A DNA stretch of 64,000 nucleotides from Eledone cirrhosa (Eukaryota), in NCBI GenBank assembly GCA_964016885.1, contig OZ024744.1, positions 107,756,001 through 107,820,000 on the forward strand. Reading direction: 5' to 3'. Of the stretch, positions 25,828 to 40,786 are shown in pieces; position 1 is the stretch's first letter, and every line of letters starts with the position of its first letter. Position numbers and translations under genes: made by a program. A model generated the notes under the pieces. The model was not told the origin of the DNA. It ran no database searches and worked only from the letters and a program-made list of their open reading frames with translations.

Positions 25828-26654
25828 CTGTAAAATAAAAATTTTAGAAAGCAATGAATTTTAAAGTTTACACTTGTGTAGGTTTAGTGGACCTTCTCTT
25901 GTTGCATCTCATAGGAAGTTTCTTGGGTGCATGCATATATCTACACACACACACACACACAAAAAGGTAATTGGTGATAGGAAGGGCATCCTGCAGTAGA
26001 CAAACTCCTAAACAAAGGATCGGGAGTATTCTTCAGTTGTATCGAAGATGTGACAACTTCCAGAGTGCTGGTGTCATAAAATGCTTTCAATGCAGGAATA
26101 CATGTAAGGGAGTTACATGGCTCGTAGTCCACCTGAGTAGGTCAATAACTCCAATTAGGTACTGGCAGGTTCTGTGATGGCCTGCCCAGCCATTACTAGC
26201 AGGGAAAACGGACAACCTGTCTAATCAATGCTAGCATGGAAAATTGACATTAAACGATGATGATGATGATATATGTGAAAAATAAAGATTAACAAGGATT
26301 TGATTTACAACCTTTTCATTAGACTAATCAGAATATTCCATTTCTCTTAGAATAAGCTCATCAGAATCAAATACAAATAATATATACCTTACATGCCCAC
26401 CCATGGATTCCAGTGGAAGATTGAAAAATATAAACAATAGCATTTAAATATTATTGGGAAAACATTAAAATTTATGGAATGCCTAAAGACATAATTGAAA
26501 TTTTACGAACTATCATACACTGACACACATATATAATACTAAAATAGAGTTAGAGGTATACAACTAGAACATAGTTCAATTACACTTATTAATTGAACTT
26601 ATAAAAGTAATATTAATAGAATATATTAAGAAAAACAAAAATTTTATTCTCGGT

Positions 26655-29250
26655 AGAGCTACCCTGCTAGAGAATGGGTCACAGGTGGCGGATAGTGATA
26701 CAGCCACCAGATATGGTGGCTTGTTGCGATATAATCGGGTAATTGCCAGACAAATAAGCAACCCTGGACCAACAGCGATAAACTACTAGGGAAGTTGAAG
26801 CAATAGGTGACAACTGTAGCTCCCAAGAAAACTCTTTTAACCTAGTAACGTAATTACAAGGTGAGTAAATGCCCCCTCTGAAAAAGCCTAGTCTTTGCGA
26901 GATTGGTGACTTGTGTGAATAAGACCATTGCAACTGAAATGGCAATATAATGAGGAAACCAAAAACAAACCATTCCACATCGTCTTTGCGTGGGATAACA
27001 GGGGACGCATTCAGACCTTAGGTAGAGGGACCTGTTCAAAAAGTATATTGCAGTCTCCATTTCATGCCGCAAAAACTAGCGATAGGCCAGCGACCTGTTC
27101 TGGGAGGCATGGGATGGACGCACAAAGATTGTGTATCCTGACACCCCAAAGATAGTCTGAAAGAGAGCAAACCTTAACAGTTAGAATCTGGAACATCACA
27201 ACCGTTACAGGTAAGGTGCAGAACTAGTGGAAGAGGCTAGGTGCTACCAGCTAGATATAGTCAGGGTTTCCATAACAAGGCTCTGATGCTATAAATTTGG
27301 ATAGATGATGGATAGTTCACTATTCAGGTGTGGCACCAGATATAACTGCACAGGCAGGAGTGTGGGTACTCACAAGCCCCTGGCTTTCAGAATCTGTTTT
27401 ATGGACCGGATCCTATTATGAAGGAAGATTTGCCGCTTGAAGATATGTCTCTGTGGGTGGTGCAAATATATGCACCAAACAAGAAGTCCGAATAAAGATC
27501 CTTCCTTGATGAAGTCACTGCAACGTTAGATGTAGTTAAGACAGTCAAATATCCTGATAGGAGACTTCAATGCACATGTTGACTCTGACCACCTGACATG
27601 GAAAGGAGTGATTGGAAGGAATGGTGACCCCAATCTAAATATGAATGGAGAAGCCCTATTAGACTTCTGTTCTAGCAATGGACTCTCTGTTATGAACACC
27701 TTCCTGTATACAGAGACATCCATAAACATACATGGTATAAGAGGAATCGGGGACAGAGATCAATAATTGATTTTGTTATTGTCTCTGATCTCTGATTCTG
27801 TGCTGGATGTTTGTGTTTAAGAGAGGGGCTGAGATGTCAACTGATCACCATCTAGTTATCTGTAACTTGAGACTACCTAAAGCCAAAGAAGCCCACAATA
27901 CTGGCAGGTCCAGGACAACCTACAGGATAATGTGGGAAGCACTGGCAGATAAGGAAGTTATGACCGGGTATATAGATAATGTTGCATCCAAATTCAGAGA
28001 ACTCTCTGAGTAAACAGAGGATGTTGAGACAGAGTGGAGATTGTTTAGCTCAGTAGTTTCTGCTTCAGCTGTTAGATACTGCTGGCGAAAGAGGCTAGGT
28101 GTGGTGCCAGATGGCAGGAGGAACCCTTGGTTCAATCAAGAGATCAAAGATGTCACCCGAGCAAAGAAGGGGGCTTACAAAGCTTGGCTTGGAGATAAGT
28201 CCTTCTTGCACAAGCAGGCACAAAAAATTGCAACAGAGACAGTAAAGGTGTCCAAAGTTATGACATAGGAGGACTTTGGAGTATAGCTAGAATCTCACTT
28301 CAGAGCAACAAATAAAGTGTTCTGGCAGACCATCCTCTGACTACATAATAAGAAGCCCTCCTCCACTCCTGCTATCAGGAACACATCTGGGGTTCTCCTC
28401 TGTTAAGAGAGGTGTATCCTTGTGAGGTGGAGAGAATACTTTGCTGATCTCCTAAACCTGATCATAACAGCATCTTCTGATGTACACAAGTTGTATCTTG
28501 GAATGGTGACTAATCTCTGAGGCTGAGGTCATGAGCAGTTAAAGAGCTCAAATATGGCAAAGCTGCTGGGGAAGCTGAAATCCGGCCCAAGATGTTAAAA
28601 GCCTTAAATAGAGAATATATTTTCTGGCAGACTTGTATGTGCCGGGTGGCCTGGATCTCTGGAAAGGTACCTAAGCAATGGCAATCAGGAGTGATAATAC
28701 CAATTTTCAGAAAGGGAGATAAGAGAGATTGCTCCAATATCAAAGGGATCTCCTTGTTAAGCCTCCCTGATAACGTCTATGCTAAGTGTCTGGCAATGAG
28801 ATGCATGGACATTGTCGAGTCCACACTAGCTGATGAACAGTGTGGTTTTTGCCCCAGACACAGTATAGCCAACCAAATATTCCCACTGCGGCAGGTCTTT
28901 GAGAAATCATGGGATTATTGCCAAGATGATTATCCTTGTTTTGTCAACTTTGAAAAGGCATATGACTGCATTCCTCAGGACCTGCTGTGGAAGGTTCTAC
29001 AGGAGTATGGGATCCATGGTCAGCTCCTTGCTGCCCTGGTGTCTCTATACAAACGGCCAAGTATGTGTGTTCGACTAAATGGTGCTAAATTGAAACCATT
29101 CGATGCGAAAGTCGGACTCCACCAAGGGTGTGTACTGCCACCTCTCCTGTTCATTATTTACATGAACAGGATTGACATGCACAGCCAGGTTGGAAATGGT
29201 ATCATGACCGGCAAGTGTAGGATCAGTCAACTGGAATTTGCAGATGACAC
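26655..29250 (+). mobile_element. RTE LINE, family B: putative 5' UTR, APE endonuclease and RT up to FADD; 3' end missing
   Basis: WNIT, GDFNAHV, STDHHLV (APE); ORF 28592-29266 with FEKAYD, GLHQGC, FADD; many stops and frameshifts. Confidence 0.9.
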
Positions 29251-29892
29251 AATCATCATCATTTAACGCCAGTCTACCACGCTAACATGGGTAGGATGGG
29301 CTGTCACTTTGTGAGAGATCAGTTCTGGGAACCGTTATTTGTTCACACAGAACAGATTTTCACTTGGATTCTATGGCTGGATGCCCTTCTTAATGTCAAC
29401 CACATTTACAGTGTGGACTGGGTGCTTTTTGTTGTGACACATAAGACCACTTTACAGTGTGGGCTGGATATGTTTTATTCACAGTGTAAGGGTGGTGTGG
29501 GCAGGAGTGGGAGGGAGGGGATACAGTGAGGGTTGGCCTCTTTTGTTGTGGCTACAGGAGGGGAAGTCACTTTATGGAGTGGGTTAGGAACTTGGGAGCG
29601 GTAGGGGATGATGCTATGGGAAATTTGGGACGTATGTATAGGGGAAGTTTATGGGAAGGGAGATGGGAGGGAATAGTGTTGTCTGCTAGGTATATGCCTC
29701 AGCCTGAGAATATATAGGTGAGTACTGCAATAAGTTTTCATAGGAGTGCCAATCCTATCATGAAAGACAATTTAAAATCAAGACCACAACATATCACCTC
29801 TGTCCAGGTATCGCACCCATGACCTTATGATGGTGAATGTCCAACACCTTATCCACTAATCTATTTGACTCAATAAAGGAAAGGCAACTTAC

Positions 29893-30012
29893 CAACTGGT
29901 ACAGCAGGACAGGTGCTTGTCACAGTTTGGACTGGAAGGACAGATTGTACTGGAGGTGCTGAAGCTGCTAGGAACTGTGGCCCAGAAGTTTGGATAATTT
30001 GTATAAGCCCAG
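29893..30012 (-). CDS. SRCAP: Exon w14: GLIQIIQTSGPQFLAASAPPVQSVLPVQTVTSTCPAVPV
   Basis: Translated by hand; CAG acceptor, GTAAG donor, 120 nt, phase 1-1. Confidence 0.85.
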
Positions 30013-30788
30013 CTGAAAAAGAGTAAAGACACCATTTATTCTTTTCTTTTTTAAAAGGTCCATTAGTTCTTAACTCTCAACATTCTGGACCACATGAAAC
30101 CACAATAGCAAGACATTCTTGAAACATACAAAATAACACTATGACTGTAATCACATTAAATATTAAAGTTTTAACTAATACTGCAAATTTGCATAACACT
30201 CTTCTAGTGCAGATACTATAAACATTTCAATTAACAAACTACATAAAACATTAAACCACAAGACCTAAAAAGTATAAAACAACCCTATGACTGCATCACA
30301 TCAAAAGTTCAAATTTTCATAATGATGTGTCACTCGTAAAGAGACTAAACATTTTGTTTAAAAAATGCATTTTCTAAATATTTTCTGTTAAATAAATCAT
30401 TTACAGGATGTTAGGTGTTAATTAATAACTTTGCATATATAATATTTTTATAATGATAATATCAAATATTGAAATTTTGATAACTATTTATCCACCAGTA
30501 AAGCTACTGTAAACATTTGAATTGCCAACAGCTGGATACAAGAGGAATCAGATGCAGTGTACAAGAGAGAAGACTGAGTTGATAGGGACATGTGATATGT
30601 ATGAATGATGGTTGCAGGGTAAAGTGGTAGATGATGCCAGTGGATGGAACCTGCAATAGGGAAAGACTGAAAAACCTTGGCAGAGGTGATTACAGCTGAT
30701 ATCAAAACAGTCAGAGGAGATGACAAAAAAAATGCAACGGGTTAATAGGATGATGTTAAGAGTTAAGTATATAACCACATTCCTTTAA

Positions 30789-31025
30789 CCCTTTAGGTTT
30801 TACCTCACATAACATCTACATTACTCTCTACATACTATTATATTTTTGTGGTGAAGGCTTTATCTTACATAATTATCTTACATAATATCGAATCTATGAG
30901 ATTTTGATATTATTTACTTTGAGAACAATACTTTAACATCAGTATGAGTGGCTGGTTACAACCTGTTTGAACAGAAAGAGGCGAGAGAATTCTGGCCGGA
31001 TACAGCCGGTTTAAATGTTAAAGGG
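30789..31025 (-). mobile_element. piggyBac-type MITE, inverted relative to 21106-21313
   Basis: TTAA|CCCTTTA...TAAAGGG|TTAA; reverse complement aligns with the 21106 copy. Confidence 0.8.
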
Positions 31026-31645
31026 TTAAGAACAGGAAATTACATTACGTGAAGTTATCCATTTCTCATGATCATCTTTTACATTCATTTTCCCTGTTAG
31101 CAAGAAAGCTACTGACCTCTCAAATAAGCCAGTGGTGTTGCAACACTTAAATATCTTTCAGCACTTTACTGAGTGCAACGGGTACATTTTATCGCAACAG
31201 CGGCACTATGAAGGTTGTAATATCTTTGATACAACTAAAGAGTCCTCTTGACTTTTTTGTTTAGCAAGTTTTCTACAGCAGAATGCCATTCCTATCAGCA
31301 ACCACTTTATAGGGTGTGCTGGGTGCATTTTTTGTGGCACCAGCACTGAGAAGGTTGTCATGTCTTCAACACAAGTGAAGAGTCCTTTCAAACCACTTTA
31401 GCATGGTTTTTAGAGCTAACACCAACTGCTTTACAGTGTAGCACTGGGTGCATTTTTCATGTCACCAGCACAGAAGTTGTCAGTCATTGACTCAAATGAA
31501 GAGCCCTCTGTACCCTATGGAGGTGTTTAGAGACTTATCCTAGTAGCTTCGAATGTTCAATGTTGATAACGATAATGACATAACTGTTTAAAAACATACA
31601 CACACACACACTTGGCTATGTTTGTTGAAAAGTGCAGATACTTAC

Positions 31646-31795
31646 TTGAAAATTGGGACAGCTGGCCTGTGGGTATCATAAGTCGCGTTCCCTGGTCTGT
31701 CTGTTGTATTTGAACCGTAATTGGCTGTGATGACAAAAGCGGGCTTGACGAAGATGTTGTAGGAATTGCTGATGTCCCGGAGGTATGTAGTGTAG
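31646..31795 (-). CDS. SRCAP: Exon w13: TLHTSGTSAIP...QPITVQIQQTDQGTRLMIPTGQLSQFS
   Basis: CAG acceptor, GTAAG donor, 150 nt, phase 1-1. Confidence 0.87.
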
Positions 31796-33055
31796 CTGGA
31801 AAAAAAAGGGGGGTATTATTATTATTACCATTGTAAACAAACAAGATTTGGTTGATTTATGAAGCTTTGGAAAATTTGAAAATATATTTTCCACAATGCA
31901 GATAAATAGTTGAATAAATTGGGTAAAGTACTCCTGGAGAGTTAAAATGGGTACAGAGATGATTTATTCAATTATTATTATAGTTATCTGCATTGCAGTG
32001 ACTATATTTTCAAATTTCAAGCATTTAATGTTTTGATTAATTCATGAACCATAAGGAAATTTGACAATATTGTCACAATAATGCAGATAACTACAGATAA
32101 TAGCTGAATAAATCAGATAAAGTCCTCCTGAAAATGGAAAGAAGTTGACATGCTTGCAGCCTGTGGGAAATCAAACCATGCAACTCCAGGGGCAGTATAT
32201 TAAACCACTGTCTATAGTTAAAAACTATTATTATTAATGATTTGCACAGAAAATATGAAAACCCTTATCTGCTGAGTATCAACAAAAACTTTAAATAGAT
32301 ACTACATTCCTGAGTATATATGTAAGTCTTTTGTAGGATTTGTATGTCATGTACACTATGATTACCAGATACATCAACAATAATAGAAACTAGGGAATTT
32401 ACAATTTGATAAATTATTGGTTTGTATCAGAAAAACCCTATAAGTTATGCTGATTACTGACACATGGAAGTGATTCATGATAAGAATAATATTTTTATAT
32501 ATTTCTATATTTTTATATATTTCTAGAATACAATTAGATAAATATTCAGCATATATGTACAAATGACATATAGAATTAAACGTATAACTATGGAGAATAA
32601 CCATTTACAGGGACAAATGTAGGGTTATAATTCAGGACCATGTGATTAGAAAGCAAACTTATTCTAATAACATGACTGATAGCAAGTGCATTGTGTGAGT
32701 ATGTACAGATATAAATAAATATACAAATACACATTTTTAATGGCTTGCATATATATATAATATCTTCTATTGCCCTGTTGAGTCTCAACAAGATACTGAT
32801 ACAGACAGTAGTTTCCTCATTATACAAGGCAATCTTTTGTAATAGAATTTGTGATTTGAGATCTATATTCTTAGATTTAGTGGTATTGAAGGCATGGTTT
32901 GTGTGGTTAAAAAGTTTCCCTTGCAACCTCACATAGTTCTCAGTTGATCAATGCCTTGTGAGTGGAATTTAGAAGTTGGAAACTGCAGAAGCACCATCAT
33001 GTTACTGCTTTCCACACTAGCACAAGTTTTATTTATATATACACATACACACATC

Positions 33056-33093
<38 letters not shown>

Positions 33094-33095
33094 CG

Positions 33096-34210
<1,115 letters not shown>

Positions 34211-34260
34211 TAAATAGAAAGACCAAAATCCAAAGAGAACTTCATATGAATTATATATAT

Positions 34261-34690
34261 ATATCATCATCATCATCATCATCATCATCAACGTTTAACG
34301 TCCGTGTTCCACGCTTGCATGGGTTTGGACGGGGGGTAGTCCCACTTGAGGCAAAGAGTGATTGTCTTGCTCGCATAGGACTGTCTGGCAGGTTTTCTAC
34401 AGTTGGATGCCCTTCCTAACACCAACCACATTTACAGTGTGGGTCTGGGAGGTTTTTACCCGTGTTGTCTACACGGCCACATTACAGCGTTGACTGTGTG
34501 TTTTTTTGTCGTGACACCTACACGATCTCATTTGTTTCGGCCTCGATGGCGCGGCACCAACATAACTTTACATAGAACGGGGTGGTGTGGATGGGGTGGG
34601 GGTGGGGGTGGTGGGGACGGGGTGTATTTTGTTAGAGATGCCTACTGGCTGGAGTAGGTTTTACTATATATTTAGGTAAGGCGGGTCTTC
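34261..34690 (-). mobile_element. Composite SINE, family 1
   Basis: (CAT)n tail and GGATGCCCTTCCTAA core; first ~280 bp are the reverse complement of 54003-54276. Confidence 0.8.
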
Positions 34691-34694
34691 TCTG

Positions 34695-35006
34695 TTACTG
34701 AGTACCGCCAAAGGTCTCGTCCAGTGACATTGTCTTGGAGAGGTGTAAGTGTGTGATGTCGGAGTTTATCAGCTCGTCCCAGGTTTTTCTAGGTCTGCCT
34801 ATTCCGTGACTACCGTCTATCTTTATTGCCCTGCACTTTGTTATACAGCTATCGACTTTCATGCGCATCACGTGTCCATACCAACGTAGCCTTCTCTCGA
34901 GTAAACAACATCTGATCCCTCTTATCTCTAATTTTTTCCTTAGTTCGTTTATGCTTTGCCGTTCACGTATATTACTGTTACACATCCAGCGGAGCATGCA
35001 AGCTTC
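34695..35006 (-). mobile_element. RTE family A 3' fragment (also ~13090-13420, 51130-51620)
   Basis: MLRWMC...RLRWYGHVMRM...GRPRKTW. Confidence 0.85.
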
Positions 35007-35148
35007 GTATATATATATATATATTACATATAAAGCTGTAGTAAAGATTAAAAGTTTAAGAAAAAAATTTCTGCGGTCACCCTAAATAGGAACATCAGAT
35101 GGTCCCACTTGGGGAGAAAGCAGAAAGTTTTGCTTAAATTTTTAATCT

Positions 35149-35196
<48 letters not shown>

Positions 35197-35809
35197 TATA
35201 TATATATATATAAACGAAATGTGCAGAGGAACTCATAAGAGTCAACAGCTATCCCATTGTACGTACATATATCTGTATATTGTAGGCTTGTATTTCTTTT
35301 TAATAATTTTTTTTAAACTACTATAACTTTTATACTTTCTAATGAATATATTTAAATGATATACATATCTTCTTATGAAAACCCCAAAAGATTCAAAACT
35401 CAATTCAAAATACTTATTTTTCAATTGGCAAGGAAACAGATACAAGTTTGACATCTTTACATGCCTATATTTTCAATGTGTAAATGTATATATATATATA
35501 TACACACACACATACACATACATGCATACACAACAAAATGCACCCAGCCCACACTGTAAAGTAGGTCACAACAAAAACCACCCAGTACTCACTGTAAATG
35601 AGTTTGGTGTTAGGAAGGGCATTCAGCTGTAGAAATCAAGCCAAAATCAGTTCTGTATAAGGAAGACATGGTCACCTGAACTAGCATTGCCCACAACAGG
35701 ACAACCTGTCTAACCCATACTAGCGTGGAAGAATGGACGTTAAACGGTGATGATGATGATGATATATGTACATATAATCACATAAATATACGACTTGAAA
35801 ATAACTTAC

Positions 35810-35998
35810 CGTGTGGTAACACTTTGGTTTGAATGGTAGCAATGCTCGGCTGGGGTAAAGTGGGACGCGACGTGCCTGCACTCGCAGATGAAAGCACCAC
35901 GGTAGCTATAGAAGTCCCAGTAGCACCTGGCACTAGGCCCTGAGGCGCTGTGGTACGAATCTGTTGTGGAACCAATCCAATGCGAATTGGCATTGATG
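35810..35998 (-). CDS. SRCAP: Exon w12: SMPIRIGLVPQQIRTTAP...TKVLPH
   Basis: TAG acceptor, GTAAG donor, 189 nt, phase 1-1. Confidence 0.87.
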
Positions 35999-36013
35999 CT
36001 AAAAATAAAAACA

Positions 36014-36048
<35 letters not shown>

Positions 36049-36193
36049 TAAATATGTGTGTAAGTATAGTTAAAGGCATTTTTGTCGCACTCACTGTTGG
36101 TACATGGTTCTGTTAAGTATAGGGATTATAATTCAGTGTACTCCAGAATTAAGGCAACTGTGACAACTAGAATGTGTTCTGCACCTATGAACA

Positions 36194-36281
36194 CATATCT
36201 GATGAGATGTCAGTGCAGAATCAGGGCCTAAACATTTTAATTGAACACTAAGCTGATTGATATTGAAACAATTGTCATATG
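36194..36281 (+). ncRNA. Type I hammerhead ribozyme motif (Penelope terminal-repeat type)
   Basis: CATAT-CTGATGA-stem II-GAAA, palindromic ACAATTGT, GTC site, ATATG closing stem I, then AATAAA. Confidence 0.7.
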
Positions 36282-36889
36282 CAATAAAGTTCATTTATGG
36301 TGCAAACTTGACTTATATTTGTAGATGTATACACTCAGAGCTGGCACAGGGCAGACGAAGGCTCCATAAGCTAAAGTGTAGGTAATCCGTCTAGGAAAGC
36401 AACCATTCCAAATAAATTGGTGCAGAGTGAAGAAGCTCCTTAAGTCCAGTAAAATGACTTCCTTAGTGTTGGTGGCATGAATAAAAGCACCCAGTCCATG
36501 CTGTAAAATGAGGTGATGGAAGTGGCATTCAGCCATTAAAAACCATGTTAAAGTATGGAGTGGAGAGGGCCCCGAGTCCAGTAAGACAACCTTTCTAGTG
36601 CTGGTGGCACGAATAAAAGCTCCCAGTCCATACTGTAAAGTGGTGCTGGTGTGAGGGAGGGCATCCAAACCAATTATATTATTAATGCTAAATTATGAGC
36701 GCAAAATACAATTATAATGATAAACAGTAATGATACGGTAGTGGGGTGGCTAGTGTGGCTAGTGCAGCCATGTGCAAGACCCTTCCCCCACCCCAACTAT
36801 AATCAAGCAATTGCACAACAACAGCAACAATAATGATGATGATGATTGTAGATATTTGTCATTGCAGACAAAAAGGAAAAATCAACGAA

Positions 36890-38930
36890 AATGACACAGT
36901 TAAGGGTTGCCACACTTAAATGTTGGCACTCTGAGAGGTAGATCTGGTGAGATAGTAGAGATGTCAGAGAGACGACATGTGGATGTGTGCAAGAGGTGAG
37001 ATAGAGAGGTTCCTCAGCAAGGTTAATCACAGGCAAACAGTTGAGCTATAAGCTTTTCTAGTTTGGAAATGATGATGGGTTAGGTGGGGTAGGCATTTTA
37101 CTATCTGAGAAGTAGATTAACAAGACAATAGAGTTAGTTAGATCAAGATTAGATAGGCTGTTGGATAGCACCAGGATGGATACACTGGGGTACATGGTGG
37201 TCATGGTTATAGCTTAAGAAACGAAGGAGTGAGGCTTCTTGAATTTTGTGATGCAATGAACTAACCTTTTGCAACATGAACATCAGGAAACCTACCAATC
37301 AGGCGATCATATAAGCCAGATTGCCTTCTTGTTAGTTAGGCAACGAGACAGACAGATGGTATCAAATACTAAGGCATATCCTAGGGAAGAATGTACCCCA
37401 CATCATAGGTTTGTCGTTAGTGACATCTCAATAAGCAAGAGACAAAATGTGACACACGGGAAGGTGTGGAAAAGGAAGGTCTGGAAGTTAAAGGACTTAA
37501 ATATAGGTTTAGGAAAGCTCTACGGCATGTGTATGATGAGAGAAGACGAATTAAAATTATATGATATAGAAGACGAATTAAAATTATATGATATAGAAGA
37601 CAACCTACTGCACACAGCTGAAGAGAGTTGTGGCTGGAGCAAAGCTCTAGCTGGACAAAGGGTGACTTGGTGGTGAAACAGCACAGTAGATAGAGCCATT
37701 AAAGACAAGACAAGCATAGGAGGATTAGAAAGGGGGGAGGGGTAGAGGCCGGTACTCAGCCGCTAAAAGAGAGGCTAGACGTGAAGTGTACATAGCACGC
37801 AGTGAAGCTGAGAATTGGAGATTTGCCAATGCTCTGTGACGAGACAATCAGAGACGTGCAGTGTTCTGCTTTGCAAGGCAGTGTGTCAGTATAAATCAGG
37901 ATGTTGTTGGAGAGTGTGTCCGAAATGATGCCGGTGCACTTAGCATCACGATGTTCAGAAAAAGTCACTATGAAAGACTGATGAATGTTGACAATGAATG
38001 GGAGAGAGAGAAACTACTCCCAGCAGACCCAGCAGAAGAACCAGCTATTGAGGTTGACGACTATAGGGTCAAAGAAGCAATTAGAGAAATGAAAAGTGGT
38101 AAGGCCGCTGGACCATCAGGGATAGTTGATGAGATGCTGAAGGCGAAGTAGGAACTAAACTGGCTGGACGCATAGGCAATCAAGTATTCTTGTAAATTGC
38201 TACAAAGGTAAAGGGGATGCTCTGGAGAGGAGCAATTATAGGGGCATAAAACAGATGGATCAGGTTATGAAAGTGACAGAAAGGATATTAGCACAACTAA
38301 TTAGAGAAAGTTGTCAAATTAGATGAGATGCAGTTATTTTGTGAGTGGGAAAAGAACAACAGATGCCCTCTTCTAAGTGAGACAACTACAAGAGAGGTTC
38401 TTAGAGAAGAATAAGCCACTATACTTAGCTTTTGTTAATCTAGAGAAGGCCTTTGATAGGCTACCCCGATCTGTCATCTTGTGGTCCATAAGGAAACTAG
38501 GTGTAGCGGAATGGCTTGTGAGGACAGTGCAAGCTATGTACAGAGGTGCTGTCAGTAAAGTGAGAGTAGGAATGGAGTTTAGTGAGGAATTCCAGATACA
38601 AGTAGGTCCTCAGCCCATTCTTATTCATTATAATTTTCCAAGCCATAACAGAGGAGTTTAACACTGGCTGCCCATGGAAACTGCTCTGGTACTTATAGCA
38701 GAATCAGTAGAGGAACTAGAGAATAAATTCTAACTATGGAAACAGCAGTTGGAATCAAGGGGACTGAGAGTGAACCTAGCAACGACTAAAGTATTGATAA
38801 GTAGGAAAGAGGACAGGACACTGATTCCATCAGGGAAATGGCCATGTTCAATATGGAGAAAGGGAGTTGGCATAAATTCTATACAATGTATACAATGCAG
38901 ATCTTGGGTACACAAGAGATGTAGTGGGAT
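36890..38930 (+). mobile_element. Decayed RTE LINE, family A (APE, RT and Cys/His finger)
   Basis: LRVATLNVGTL, GKAAGPSG, LAFVNLEKAFD, GKWPC...WVHKRC. Confidence 0.88.
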
Positions 38931-39202
38931 ATACCTGTGCTTGAAGGTTTTTTTAAGTGATGAAAGGCTTTGCACAGAGCCAATCCCACTCTCTGAACAT
39001 CAAATGTATTTCTCCCCCAAAAAAACTGGTCTACATCATCGGATGCAAACAAAGTCCAAAGTCGCAGGTTTTATATCAGAGTGACCTTTTGCCATTGACT
39101 CTCCCGAGTTCCTCCGCCCTTTGATGGGTCTTGTTTTTCATCCTGTAGGGTGTCCAAATTTACCCTCCTCCTCATTTACACACACACACACACATATATA
39201 CA

Positions 39203-39466
39203 ATATATTAACAAATGGAAACTATATTTATAAAACCATATTTATTTCATTATACATATTTCAAGGACACCATTTCTGTTGGAAGCTCGGGAGCTTCCAA
39301 CAGAAATGGTCGCATTCTTTAAGGGTATGTCAATATTTATTTATAAAACTGATCTATATTATATTTTATCTGATGAAAGCGCACCATAATTTGACTTGGT
39401 GTCCTTGAAATATGTATAATGAAATAAATATGGTTTTATAAATATAGTTTCCATTTGCTAATATAT
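39203..39466. repeat. Foldback: 70-bp inverted arms enclosing a 20-bp perfect hairpin
   Basis: 39203-39272 vs 39397-39466 (one mismatch); 39269-39288 vs 39291-39310 (perfect). Confidence 0.95.
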
Positions 39467-39567
39467 CGTATTTTTACTCCAATAATTTGTTGAGTGCTTT
39501 ATATCAGTTATAAAAATATTTGCTTGTTGTATCCAACAAGCAAATTTAAATAGAACTTCTACATATC

Positions 39568-39601
<34 letters not shown>

Positions 39602-39606
39602 TACAT

Positions 39607-39637
<31 letters not shown>

Positions 39638-40195
39638 TATGTATACACACACATACATATACACACACACACATTATATATATATATATACATATATATA
39701 TACATACATACATACATACATACACACTCACTGATGTCATAATATCTCTAGTGCTTGTGCCACAATAAAATCCACCCAGTACATGTTAAATGATAATAAT
39801 TATAGATAAACAGTGACCAATTAAACAGCATCAGCTCTTATGACAAAACTAACTGTTGGTGCAACTATAAAATCTAACCTGTATTCTGTAAAGTTGTAAT
39901 GTTACTTCGTTTGTACTACATGCAGCATAGACATTTCATTTATTATTTTTTACATCCTGGATGGAAAAATATAAGCTTTCAATTGGACAGAATAGCAAGA
40001 GGTCTATAGTGTAGTGGTTATCACCTCCTAGCATACAGTCGATGCAAGGTGTGACTCTTACCGACTGTTCAGTCAGATTTTGGCTATCTCAAAGGGTTTA
40101 TATCCATGATTTATTTTCAACTATTCTATACTTAAAATCATGCGTTGTGGTAGATTTGCAAAAAAGCAAAATAACTAAAATGACAAAATGCTTAC

Positions 40196-40337
40196 AGGTT
40201 GTGGCCCCACTAGAAATACTAGATATGGTCTGATGAGTTGCAATCCCTGGTTTCACCAGAGTAGGTTTGGCTGTGACTATTGTGGTTGTAGTGTTTGGGA
40301 CAGTTGTAGCTTGGATGACAGGAGACACTCGTTCAGG
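40196..40337 (-). CDS. SRCAP: Exon w11: PERVSPVIQATTVP...SSGATT
   Basis: CAG acceptor, GTAAG donor, 142 nt, phase 0-1. Confidence 0.87.
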
Positions 40338-40786
40338 CTGAAAATAGAAAACATTTATTCTCAATATAGTAAACGCTGTATGTTAGTTCGGAAGGGCATC
40401 CAGTTGCAGACACCATGCCAAACAAAGGGTAGTAAGAATTTTTCAATTGTATCAAGAGCATGATAACCTTGCTAGTACTGATCTCATGATAAAATCTACC
40501 CAGTACCTTCTGGAAGTAGTAGCACTCTTCTCATGACAAAGTGGACCCAGTAAATTCTAAGTGGTAGTGCTGGTACCACGATAAAATTCACCTAGTACAC
40601 ACTGTAAAATGCTAGTACTGATGTATGCACAATATACATTATTTTCTCTGGAAGAAAAATACTCATGGCCTTCACAAGTAGACTAATACCATGTTGCATC
40701 TCACATGAGGTTGCTCAGATGATTTAATGATATAGGCCTCAGTTCTATCATGATATATAAAATTGTGAATTTATATCTGTAGATAT

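Noticed and set aside
28592-29266. 224-aa reverse transcriptase ORF as a domesticated gene or retron-like system
   Set aside because: Part of a decayed RTE LINE with stops and frameshifts upstream, truncated at FADD
40001-40030. tRNA-Val-like 5' fragment GGTCTATAGTGTAGTGGTTATCAC
   Set aside because: No B box, T arm or 3' acceptor strand follows
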